Origin: Candidatus Eiseniibacteriota bacterium
GTDB lineage: Bacteria; Eisenbacteria; RBG-16-71-46; CAIMUX01; VGJL01
NCBI GenBank assembly: GCA_963792585.1
Contig: CAWBWI010000003.1
Location: 352,001 to 416,000, forward strand
DNA: 64,000 bases
Direction: 5' to 3'
Position 1 is the stretch's first letter; every line of letters begins with the position of its first letter. A program made the position numbers and the translations under genes. Positions 54,183 to 63,462 of this stretch are shown here, piece by piece. Below the pieces are notes generated by a model. The model did no database searches, had not been told where the DNA came from, and saw nothing but the letters and a program-made list of their open reading frames with translations.

Positions 54183-56245
54183 CCGTCGCGCCCGACTATA
54201 TCCCCGAGACCATCGAGGCCAAGTGGCAACGGTTCTGGGAGGAGCGGGGGACGTTCCATGCGCATGCCTGCGGGGCGAGCAAGTTCTACTGCTACAATCC
54301 CGCGCCCTATGTCACCGGCACCCTTCATATGGGTCATGTCCGCAATTACACCTACGGTGATTTCCTCAGCAAGTTCCGGCGTCTTCACGGAGCGAACGTC
54401 CTCTACACGATCGGCTTCGACGCATTCGGCGTGCCCACAGAGGTGGCGGCCATGCGGAAACGGTTGGACCCGGCCGCCTGGACGGCCGGCTGCATCGGGG
54501 AGATGAAGAAGCAGCTTGTTCGAATGGGGTTTGGATTCGATTGGCGACGCTCCTTCTCCACGGCCGATGCGGACTACTACAAGTGGACCCAGTGGATCTT
54601 CATCGAGATGTTTCGGGAGGGCATCGTCTACGAACGGGAAGCGGAGACGCTCTGGTGTCCGCAGTGCGACATGGCCCTCGCCAAGTCGCTCACGGTCGAC
54701 GGCAGGTGCTTCCTGTGCAACATCGCAGTCGAGACGCGCGTCACAAGCCAGTGGTTCCTTCGCATCTCGCGCTATCTGGACCGTCTCAGGGATGATCTCG
54801 CCGAGGTCAGGGACCTCAACGGCCAGGCGCGTGCGGGACAGGAGAGTCTCCTCGCCTTCCGCAGCCTCTGGGGTGTCTGGTTGATCGAGCCGAAGACCGG
54901 GACCAAGGTTCTCGCCTGCATGGATTCTCCCGATGACTGGTCCAGGCATCTCGTGTTGGCGGTTCACCCTCAGGATTGGCCGACGCGACGGGCGCTCGCG
55001 GGGATCGCCGTCGAGCCGATCTCGGGCAGGTCCTTCGCAGTCGTCGTCGATCCTATGCTCGACTCGCTCTATCTGGATCAACCCGTGCTGAAGATTGTCC
55101 CGCGGGAGGGCGGAGCGCAGGCAATTGAACATGCGCCGGCGGATGGGATCTTCCCGCTCACGGTGAACGAACAGAAGGACTTCTCTGTTTCGCGCCAGCG
55201 ACTCTGGGGAACGCCCATCCCGATGGTCCGGTGTGAGACGTGCGGAGTCGTCCCGGTGGAGGCCGCGGATCTTCCCGTGCGGTTGCCGCGGATCGAAGCC
55301 GATGGCTCCGGACGGCTGCGGCGAACCGAACCCGGGTGGGACGTTCGCGCGTGCCCTTCATGCAAACGGCCGGCAATGCTCGATCCCCAGGTCATGGATT
55401 GCCACTTCGATGCGCTATGGCACTACTGGCGCCCCTGTGTTGGCTCCACGGCGGAGTTTCCTTTCGACTCGGACGAAGCCCGGTATTGGATGCCGGTCGA
55501 CCAGATCCAATTCGGCAGGGACACGATTCCGTTCCTCCTGACCCTGCGGCTGTTCACGAAGTTCCTGAAGGACCGCGGGCTCTCGGATTGCTCGGAGTTC
55601 GCCCGCGAGATGCTTGCGCACGGTCTGATCCTCATGGGCAATCGGAAGATGAGCAAGCACATCGGCAACGTCGTCGATCCGGAGCAAATGATCACCCGTT
55701 TCGGGGCGGACAGTCTTCGGTTCTATGTCCTCGCCAGGAGCGATCCCAGGAGCGATTATAGCTGGTCGGAGGCGAGCCTCGCGCGCTATCACGAGCTCTT
55801 GAAGCACTACTACGAGGATCTGGACCCTGAGACTTCGAGGGAGACAGCGGCGGCGGGAATGGAGGGATCGAAGACGGGATCCGCGGGGAAGTACCTGTCG
55901 ATCTTTCTCACAAAGGTGTTGCGCGAGGTGGAGGTACTGGAGTCGAGCGTTGAAAGTGGACGGTTCGACATCTACGCGCGGGCGGTTGCGCGAATCCTGG
56001 AAGCGCTTCATCTGTTCAAGGAGCGGTACTACACGCAGGCGGGATCGTGGGGGCGGGAAGCGTGGGGGAAGTGCGCGGAGCAGTCCATTCTCTACCTCGC
56101 CCCGATCGCGCCACACATCGCGGAGGAGTGCTGGGAGCGAAGCGGCCGAGCGCCGGGAGTCTTCGCGGGAGTGCGTTGGCCATCAGACGGCCCGATGGTC
56201 GTTCGAGATTTGGTGGAGGAAGCGAAGAGGCGGAGGCAGTCGTGA
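54179..56245 (+). CDS. Divergent leucyl-tRNA synthetase paralog (class Ia, 688 aa)
   Basis: IEAKWQRFW, PYVTGTLHMGHVRNY (HIGH), GFDAFG, YYKWTQWIF, SRQRLWGTPIP, KMSKHIGNVVDP (KMSKS), GADSLR, LAPIAPHIAEECW. GTGA overlap with the upstream gene. Confidence 0.9.
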   Translation: MTVAPDYIPETIEAKWQRFWEERGTFHAHACGASKFYCYNPAPYVTGTLHMGHVRNYTYGDFLSKFRRLHGANVLYTIGFDAFGVPTEVAAMRKRLDPAAWTAGCIGEMKKQLVRMGFGFDWRRSFSTADADYYKWTQWIFIEMFREGIVYEREAETLWCPQCDMALAKSLTVDGRCFLCNIAVETRVTSQWFLRISRYLDRLRDDLAEVRDLNGQARAGQESLLAFRSLWGVWLIEPKTGTKVLACMDSPDDWSRHLVLAVHPQDWPTRRALAGIAVEPISGRSFAVVVDPMLDSLYLDQPVLKIVPREGGAQAIEHAPADGIFPLTVNEQKDFSVSRQRLWGTPIPMVRCETCGVVPVEAADLPVRLPRIEADGSGRLRRTEPGWDVRACPSCKRPAMLDPQVMDCHFDALWHYWRPCVGSTAEFPFDSDEARYWMPVDQIQFGRDTIPFLLTLRLFTKFLKDRGLSDCSEFAREMLAHGLILMGNRKMSKHIGNVVDPEQMITRFGADSLRFYVLARSDPRSDYSWSEASLARYHELLKHYYEDLDPETSRETAAAGMEGSKTGSAGKYLSIFLTKVLREVEVLESSVESGRFDIYARAVARILEALHLFKERYYTQAGSWGREAWGKCAEQSILYLAPIAPHIAEECWERSGRAPGVFAGVRWPSDGPMVVRDLVEEAKRRRQS

Positions 56246-57042
56246 ATCGGGAAGTCATGTGCGACCACTTGGTTCGGTTGATCGACGATCTGGAACGGTG
56301 CTCCGGCGGGGCGCCGCGCGACCTGCTCCGCGCCGCGTTGTGCATCGAGCACGTCGTGATGTCCGATCTACTGCCTCCGGAGGAGGAGGACGCCGTCTTT
56401 GCGGACCCGAGGATCGCCGTGCGGGCGTCCGGTTGTCAGAGGATCTTCTCGGATCTCGAGAGCACCATCGAGCGGAGCATGGCCGAGGTTGTGCGGCTCG
56501 GCGGGGCCGAAACGACTTGGGCCCGGGAGAACGTGAGCCAGCACTACATTGCGCGTTACGAGTACCTTTCCCAGTGCGAGATCGAGCTGGCGCGGATGGG
56601 ACCGGAGGATCGTGTCCTCTTCATCGGGAGCGGGTACCTGCCGATCACGGCGTTCGAATACGTCCGTCAGTCCGGCTGCAAGGTTGACTGCGCCGACTTC
56701 GTCCCGGAAGCGATCGATTGCGCCCGAAAGATCACGGAACGGATCGGGATGACGGAGCGTGTGCGGTTCTTCCAGACGCGAGGGGAGCAGCACGATCCCT
56801 CCCCATACGACGTCATCCTCGTAGGTGTGCTTGCACTGCCGAAACGGGCGATCCTGTCCCACCTGGATGCGGGGGCGAAGGGCGGATGCCGTGTGCTGTG
56901 TCGGACCACCTACGGGCTGCGGCAACTCGTCTACCAGCAAGCGTCCTACGAGGTGCGGAGCCTCCGTCGACTCGTTCCGGGAGAACGAAGCGTGGCCCGT
57001 GGGGAGCGGGTCATTTCTGCGGAGCTCTTGAGGGCTTCTTGA
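56242..57042 (+). CDS. Nicotianamine synthase-like (CntL-like) SAM-dependent aminocarboxypropyl transferase (266 aa)
   Basis: YIARYEYL..CE, VLFIGSGYLPITA, YDVILVGVLA.PK..IL, CRTTYGLRQLVY. GTGA overlap with the synthetase. Confidence 0.8.
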   Translation: MNREVMCDHLVRLIDDLERCSGGAPRDLLRAALCIEHVVMSDLLPPEEEDAVFADPRIAVRASGCQRIFSDLESTIERSMAEVVRLGGAETTWARENVSQHYIARYEYLSQCEIELARMGPEDRVLFIGSGYLPITAFEYVRQSGCKVDCADFVPEAIDCARKITERIGMTERVRFFQTRGEQHDPSPYDVILVGVLALPKRAILSHLDAGAKGGCRVLCRTTYGLRQLVYQQASYEVRSLRRLVPGERSVARGERVISAELLRAS

Positions 57043-57306
57043 GACCCGGTTGGGAGGGTCGGGGCCCGATTCGCGAGCAAGCGCAGGTCGCATCGAGAAC
57101 CGAGATCGCCGGTGGAGGTTTGAAACACTGAGGATATCCCAGCCAGTTGAGCGTATAATTGAGTGCGACGGATCCTCCGGGCTCATCTGCTGAGAGGATC
57201 TGGTGCGACGGCGATCGACGGGGGGACCGCACCGCAGTTCTCCGCCGGTTCGGTCCCGACCTCGTTCGACCGCCGGTTCCATGTCACACGAAAGGAGGGA
57301 GTCCTC

Positions 57307-58029
57307 ATGATGAGGAAGGTCGCCCTGCTCCTTGTTCTGAGTTCCATTTTCGGAGGCGGCGCGCTCGCCGCCAATCCCAGCCTGAGTGCGGGAGGTGGCG
57401 GCAGCCCGAACGTCCTCAACTCCGGCCGAGAAGTTATCTGGAGTGAGCCGCCTGACCTCGAAGGTCTGATCGCCTCGTCGGAAGTCATCGGGCAATTCGC
57501 CCTTGAGACGGAAATCGCCAACGACTTCTATATCTCCTGGGATACCTGTATCGGCGGCGCTCGCTGGTGGGGCGGTTATTACAACAACAACGGCTGTAGC
57601 GACATTGGCATCGCGACAAACTGGAACCTCCGATTCTACGATGACGGCGGCTGCGTTCCGTTGACGACTCTTTCCGAGACGGTGGGCGCCTTCGCAAACG
57701 AGACTTTCATTTACTGCCAGGGCGGGTTCTACCCGGTCTTCCAGTACGAAGCCTACACATCATACGTCTACATCACGGCGAACACCCTGTACTGGTTCGG
57801 CGCACAGGCATCCGATCACGCGTTTCCGCCGCAGGTGGGCCGTATCGCCTCCGCATGGGTCGTCGGCTGCGACACGGTGTTCAAGAGTGCCTACTTCTCG
57901 TACCCCGACTGGACGCCCGGCATCGACGTGTTCGGTGTCGCCTTCGATGCCAGCCAGGAGTTCGAGAACTGGTGCATAGTTCCGACCGTGACGACCACGT
58001 GGGGCGCCGTGAAGGGGCTCTACCGGTAG
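57307..58029 (+). CDS. Array copy 1: secreted protein with C-terminal TTWGAVKGLYR motif
   Basis: AAGGAGG ribosome-binding site, signal peptide, WSEPPDL, IANDF, RWWGGY, YWF. One ATA at 57976-57978. Confidence 0.9.
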   Translation: MMRKVALLLVLSSIFGGGALAANPSLSAGGGGSPNVLNSGREVIWSEPPDLEGLIASSEVIGQFALETEIANDFYISWDTCIGGARWWGGYYNNNGCSDIGIATNWNLRFYDDGGCVPLTTLSETVGAFANETFIYCQGGFYPVFQYEAYTSYVYITANTLYWFGAQASDHAFPPQVGRIASAWVVGCDTVFKSAYFSYPDWTPGIDVFGVAFDASQEFENWCIVPTVTTTWGAVKGLYR

Positions 58030-58333
58030 GTCCGGCGAATGGGGAGGTCCGCTGTGGCGCAGCGGGCTTCAGGTGGCACACAAAGAGTTTGGTGGCGTTG
58101 GGGCGCTCCCGTCGATGCGGCGGGGGCGCTTCTTGCATCCGGCCGCGGCGGCCCTCGGTGGACTCCATCCCCGGGACGGTAGATAATCGACGGCAACAAT
58201 TCCCGACGGCTCTTGGGTCGGGGGTGCAGGCGGCTCGGCGGTCAAACGAGGACGGGCACCGCACCGTGACGCCCGCCTGGTCCCGCGCGTGATCGTCGTT
58301 GTGTGCTGTGACAAACCACAGGAGGGAGTCCTC

Positions 58334-59047
58334 ATGATGATACAGATCGCCCTTGTCCTGAGTCTGGTCGTTGCCAGCGGAGCGCTTGCCATCAACCCAT
58401 CCCTGAGCGGGGGCGGTGGCGGTACGAATGTTCTGAACTCCGGTCGCGAAGTCGTCTGGAGCGAGCCACCGAACCTCGACGGTTTGATCGGGTCGTCGGA
58501 GGTTATTTGGGAGTTCTATGTCGTGACGGAACTTGCCAACGATTTCTTCCTCACTACGAACCACGGCCTCGACATCGCTCGCTGGTGGGGTGGCTATTTT
58601 TACAACAGCAGTTGCGGCGATGTCGGTGTCGCCACAAATTGGAACCTAACATTCTACGATGATGTCGGTTGCATACCGGAACATGTGCTTTACGAGCGTA
58701 TGGGCGTCGATGCGAACGAGACTTTCGTCTATTGCCAAAGCGACGTCTACCCGATCTTCAGCTACGAGGTCGCCGATCTGAACTTCACAGCTCAGGCGAA
58801 TACCCGATACTGGTTCGTCGCGCAGGCAGCTGACCATACGTTCCCGCCCCAGGTAGGTCGCGTCGCTTCCGCCGGAGTCGTCGGCTGCGAGACCGTCTTC
58901 AGAGGGTCCTACTTCTCGTACAACTACTGGACTCCCGTTATCGATGTGTTCGGCGTGGCGTTTGATGCCAGCCAGGAGTTCGAGGAGTATCACATAGTCC
59001 CTACTGAAAGGACCACGTGGGGCGCCGTGAAGGAGCTCTACCGGTAG
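58334..59047 (+). CDS. Array copy 2 (most divergent)
   Basis: Same motifs, ending TTWGAVKELYR. ATA at 58994-58996, and also at 58340 and 58673. Confidence 0.9.
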   Translation: MMIQIALVLSLVVASGALAINPSLSGGGGGTNVLNSGREVVWSEPPNLDGLIGSSEVIWEFYVVTELANDFFLTTNHGLDIARWWGGYFYNSSCGDVGVATNWNLTFYDDVGCIPEHVLYERMGVDANETFVYCQSDVYPIFSYEVADLNFTAQANTRYWFVAQAADHTFPPQVGRVASAGVVGCETVFRGSYFSYNYWTPVIDVFGVAFDASQEFEEYHIVPTERTTWGAVKELYR

Positions 59048-59350
59048 GTCCGGCGAATGGAGAGGTCCGCTGTGGCGCAGCGGGCTTCAGGTGGCACACA
59101 AAGAGTTTGGTGGCGATGAGGCGCTTCCGTCGTTGCGGCGGGGCGCTTCTCACGTCCAGTCGCCACAGGCTTGGGTGGACATCGGCCTCGCAGGAGCAGA
59201 TACTCGTAGGCGGCGAATCCCTGCGGCTCTCGAGCCGGGGGATCCGACGGACTGCTGGTCGAGGGAGCCCGCCACCCACCGACCGTCGGTCCGGCCATGG
59301 ACCTGTTCGTCGTTGAGTCTCGTGACAGCCGAAAGGAGGGAATCCTCGCT

Positions 59351-60079
59351 ATGAGGAAGGTCGCCCTTGTCCTTGTCCTGAGCTGCGTCGCCGGGGGCGG
59401 CGCGCTGGCCGTCAACCCGAGCATCATGGCCGGCGGAGAGGGCACGCAGAACGTCCTAGACTCCGGTCGAGATCCCGTCTGGAGTGAGCCGCCCGATCTA
59501 GAGGGTCTGATCGCTTCGTCGGAAGTTATCGGGCAGGTCGGCCTCGAGACGGAAATCGCAAATGACTTCTACATCGACCATGACGAGTACATCAGTATCG
59601 CCCGCTGGTGGGGCGGATACTACAACAACAACGGCTGCAGTGACATCGGGTACGGCACGAACTGGAATCTGCGCCTCTACGATGACTTGGGCTGTGTTCC
59701 GGGGTCAGTGCTTTCCGAGACTCTAGGGCTGTCGGTGATCGAGGCCTTCGTATACTGCCAGGCTGGCCTCTACCCGGTCTTCGAATACTGGGCATGCGTC
59801 GAGTTCTGGGTCGCGGGGAATACATTGTACTGGTTCGGTGCACAAGCATCCGATCACACGTTCCCACCGCAGGTCGGTCGCGTGGCCTCTGCCGGAGTCG
59901 TCGGCTGCGACTCCGTATTCAAGAGCGCCTACTTCTCGTATCCGGATTGGACGCCCGGTATCGACGTCTTCGGGGTCGCATTCGACGCGAGTCAGGAATT
60001 CGGCAATGGTATCTGCATAGACGGACCTGTCCCTAATCAGCGGACCACGTGGGGCGCCGTGAAGGGGCTCTACCGGTAG
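59351..60079 (+). CDS. Array copy 3
   Basis: Same motifs. One ATA at 60017-60019. Confidence 0.9.
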   Translation: MRKVALVLVLSCVAGGGALAVNPSIMAGGEGTQNVLDSGRDPVWSEPPDLEGLIASSEVIGQVGLETEIANDFYIDHDEYISIARWWGGYYNNNGCSDIGYGTNWNLRLYDDLGCVPGSVLSETLGLSVIEAFVYCQAGLYPVFEYWACVEFWVAGNTLYWFGAQASDHTFPPQVGRVASAGVVGCDSVFKSAYFSYPDWTPGIDVFGVAFDASQEFGNGICIDGPVPNQRTTWGAVKGLYR

Positions 60080-60381
60080 GTCCGGCGAATGGGGAGGTCC
60101 GCTGTGGCGCAGCGGGCTTCAGGTGGCACACAAAGAGTTTGGTGGCGATGAGGCGCTTCCGCCGTTGCGGCGGGGGCGCTTCTTGCGTCCAGCCGCACAG
60201 GCTTCGGTGGACGTCGGCCTCACAGGAGCAGATACTCGTAGGCGGCGAATCAAAGCGGTCACTGAGCCGGGGGATCCGACGGACTGCTGGTCGAAGGAGC
60301 CCGCCTCCCACCAACCGTCGGTCCGGCCATGGATCTGTTCGCCGTTAGTCTCGTGACAGCCGAAAGGAGGGAATCCTCGCC

Positions 60382-61098
60382 ATGAGGAAGGTCGCCCTTG
60401 TCCTTGTCCTGAGCTTCGTCGCCACAGGCGGCGCGCTCGCCATCAACCCGGGCATCATGGCTGGCGGGGGGGGCACGCAGAACGTCCTCAACTCCAGCCG
60501 AGATGTTGTCTGGAGTGAGCCGCCCGACCTCGAAGGTCTGATTGCCTCGTCAGAAGTCATCGGGCAATTGGCTCTCGAGACGGAAATCGCAAACGATTTC
60601 TACCTTCCCTGGGACTACTGGATCTGCGTCGCCCGCTGGTGGGGTGGTTACTACAACAACAACGGCTGCGGCGATGTCGGCATCGCGACGAACTGGAACG
60701 TTCGGTTCTACGATGACGGCGGCTGCGTGCCTCTTACCCTGCTGAACGAGACGCTCGGCGCGTTCGCGAACGAGACCAGCGTCTATTGCCAGGATGGCTT
60801 CTACCCGATCTTTAGGTACGAAGTTGACGTCAGCATGCCGATCACCGGCAACACCCTGTACTGGTTCGGCGCGCAGGCTGCCGACCATGCGTTCCCGCCG
60901 CAGTGCGGCCGCGTTGCCTCCGGCTCCGTCGTCGGTTGCGACACGGTGTTCAAGAGTGCCTACTTCTCGTACTCCGACTGGACGCCCGGCATCGACGTGT
61001 TCGGTGTTGCGTTCGACGCCAGCCAGGAGTTCGTGATCGGGTGCATAGTTCCAACCGTCACGACCACGTGGGGCGCCGTGAAGGGGCTCTACCGGTAG
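60382..61098 (+). CDS. Array copy 4
   Basis: Same motifs. One ATA at 61045-61047. Confidence 0.9.
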   Translation: MRKVALVLVLSFVATGGALAINPGIMAGGGGTQNVLNSSRDVVWSEPPDLEGLIASSEVIGQLALETEIANDFYLPWDYWICVARWWGGYYNNNGCGDVGIATNWNVRFYDDGGCVPLTLLNETLGAFANETSVYCQDGFYPIFRYEVDVSMPITGNTLYWFGAQAADHAFPPQCGRVASGSVVGCDTVFKSAYFSYSDWTPGIDVFGVAFDASQEFVIGCIVPTVTTTWGAVKGLYR

Positions 61099-61406
61099 GT
61101 CCGGCGAATAGAGAGGTCCGCTGTGGCGCAGCGGGCTTCAGGTGGCACATAAAGAGTTTGGTGGCGATGGGGCGCTCCCGTCGATGCGGCGGGGGCGCTT
61201 CCTGCATCCGCCGCGCAGGACGACGTTTGACCCCCCGTCCCAATGAGCGGATACTCATAGGCGGCAGATCCTACCCGGCATGTGTGCCGACTGGATCTGA
61301 CGGTCCTGCGATTGTGGTGAGACCCGCCGCGTGGGCAGCAGCCAGTCCGGTCCGGGACTTGTTCGCACGTGAGTTCCGCAACAAGCGAAAGGAGGGAATC
61401 CTCGCC

Positions 61407-62129
61407 ATGAGGAAGGTCGCCCTTGTCCTTGCGCTGAGTTTCGTCGCCGCAGGCGGTGCACTCGCCGTCAATCCGAGCATCATGGCCGGTGGGGGGGGCA
61501 CGCAGAACGTCCTCAACTCCGGCCGTGACGTGGTCTGGGGTGAGCCGCCCGATCTCGATGGCCTCATCGCCTCGTCAGAAGTCATCGGACAACTCGCTCT
61601 CGAGACGGAAATCGCAAATGACTTCTGGGTTGATCATGACGGCTCCATCGATTGTGCCTGCTGGTGGGGAGGGTACTACAATAACAACGGCTGCGGTGAC
61701 ATCGGTATCGCTACGAACTGGAACCTCCGGTTCTACGATGACGGTGGCTGCGTTCCGCTGTCGGTCCTCGCCGAGACGGTGGGCGCCTTCGCTTACGAGA
61801 CCAGTGTGTACTGTCAGGGTGGGCTCTACCCGGTCTTCCAGTACGAAGCTGGCGTCGACTTCCAGATCACGGGGAACACATTGTACTGGTTCGGCGCGCA
61901 GGCATCCGACCACACGTTTCCGCCGCAGGTAGGCCGTATCGCCTCCGCAGGGGTCGTCGGCTGCGACTCCGTGTTCAAGAGTGCCTACTTCTCGTACCCC
62001 GACTGGACGCCTGGTATCGACGTATTCGGTGTCGCCTTCGATGCGAGTCAGGAGTTTAGGGAATACTGCATACTACCTGTCGGCACGCAGCGGACCACGT
62101 GGGGCGCCGTGAAGGGGCTCTACCGGTAG
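61407..62129 (+). CDS. Array copy 5
   Basis: Same motifs. One ATA at 62070-62072. Confidence 0.9.
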   Translation: MRKVALVLALSFVAAGGALAVNPSIMAGGGGTQNVLNSGRDVVWGEPPDLDGLIASSEVIGQLALETEIANDFWVDHDGSIDCACWWGGYYNNNGCGDIGIATNWNLRFYDDGGCVPLSVLAETVGAFAYETSVYCQGGLYPVFQYEAGVDFQITGNTLYWFGAQASDHTFPPQVGRIASAGVVGCDSVFKSAYFSYPDWTPGIDVFGVAFDASQEFREYCILPVGTQRTTWGAVKGLYR

Positions 62130-62432
62130 GTCCGGCGAATGGGGAGGTCCGCTGTGGCGCAGCGGGCTTCAGGTGGCACACAGAGAGTTTGGTGGCGATG
62201 AGGCGCTTCCGCCGTTGCGGCGGGGGCGCTTCTCACGTCCGGCCGCAGCAGGCTTCGGTGGACATCGGCCTCACAGGAGCAGATACTCGTAGGCGGCGAA
62301 TCCCTGCGGCTCTCGGGCCGGGGGATCCGACGGACTGCTGGTCGAGGAGCCCGCCTCCCACCGACCCTCGGTCCGGCCATGGACCTGCTCGTCGTTGGGT
62401 CTCGTGACAGCCGAAAGGAGGGAATCCTCGCC

Positions 62433-63158
62433 ATGAGGAAGGTCGCCCTTGTCCTTGTCCTGAGCTTCGTCGCCACAGGCGGCGCGCTCGCCATCAACCC
62501 GAGCCTGAGTGCGGGGGGTGGCGGCAGCCCGAACGTCCTCAACTCCGGCCGATACGTCATCTGGAGTGAGCCGCCTGACCTCGAAGGTCTGATCGCCTCG
62601 TCGGAAGTCATCGGGCAATTCGCCCTCGAGACGGAAATCGCCAACGACTTCTACGTCCCCTGGGATACCTGTGTTGGTCTCGCTCGCTGGTGGGGAGGCT
62701 ACTACAATAACGCCGGTTGCGGTGACATCGGTGTCGCTACGAACTGGAACCTCCGATTCTACGATGACGGTGGCTGCGTTCCGTTGTCGATCCTGTCCGA
62801 GACGGTGGGGGTCTTCGCGAACGAGACCTTCATCTACTGCCAGGGCGGGTTCTATCCGGTCTACCAGTACGAAACCGCCGCAGTATACGTCGCCGTCACG
62901 GCGAACACGCTGTACTGGTTCGGCGCGCAGGCATCGGATCACGCGTTTCCGCCGCAGGTGGGCCGTATCGCTTCTGCATCGGTCGTCGGTTGCGACACGG
63001 TGTTCAAGAGTGCCTACTTCTCGTATCCCGACTGGACGCCTGGCATCGACGTGTTCGGTGTCGCCTTCGATGCCAGTCAGGAATTCGAGAACTACAATTG
63101 CGGCATAGTTCCAACTCAGAAGACCACGTGGGGCGCCGTGAAGGGGCTCTACCGGTAG
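62433..63158 (+). CDS. Array copy 6
   Basis: Same motifs. One ATA at 63105-63107. Confidence 0.9.
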   Translation: MRKVALVLVLSFVATGGALAINPSLSAGGGGSPNVLNSGRYVIWSEPPDLEGLIASSEVIGQFALETEIANDFYVPWDTCVGLARWWGGYYNNAGCGDIGVATNWNLRFYDDGGCVPLSILSETVGVFANETFIYCQGGFYPVYQYETAAVYVAVTANTLYWFGAQASDHAFPPQVGRIASASVVGCDTVFKSAYFSYPDWTPGIDVFGVAFDASQEFENYNCGIVPTQKTTWGAVKGLYR

Positions 63159-63462
63159 GTCGGGCGAATGGAGAGGTCCGCTGTGGCGCAGCGGACTTCA
63201 GGTGGCACACAGAGAGTTTGGTGGCGTTGGGGCGTCCCTGTCGTTGTGACGGGGGCGCTTCATACGTCCAGCCGCCACAGGCTTCGTTGGACATCGGCCA
63301 CACAGGAGCAGATACTCGTGGGCGGCGAATCCCTGCGGCTCTCGGGCCGGGGGATCCGACGGACTGCTGGTCGAGGGAGTCCGCCTCCCACCGACCGTCG
63401 GTCCGGCCATGGACCTGCTCGTCGTTGGGTCTCGTGACAGCCGAAAGGAGGGAATCCTCGCC

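Noticed and set aside
54179..56245. Housekeeping leuS
   Set aside because: Leucine-pocket residues, editing motifs and the C-terminal domain are altered or missing, so no gene symbol was given.
57120..57160. Separate promoter for the array (TATAAT at 57154-57159)
   Set aside because: There is no -35 box at proper spacing and no extended -10 TG, so support is too weak.
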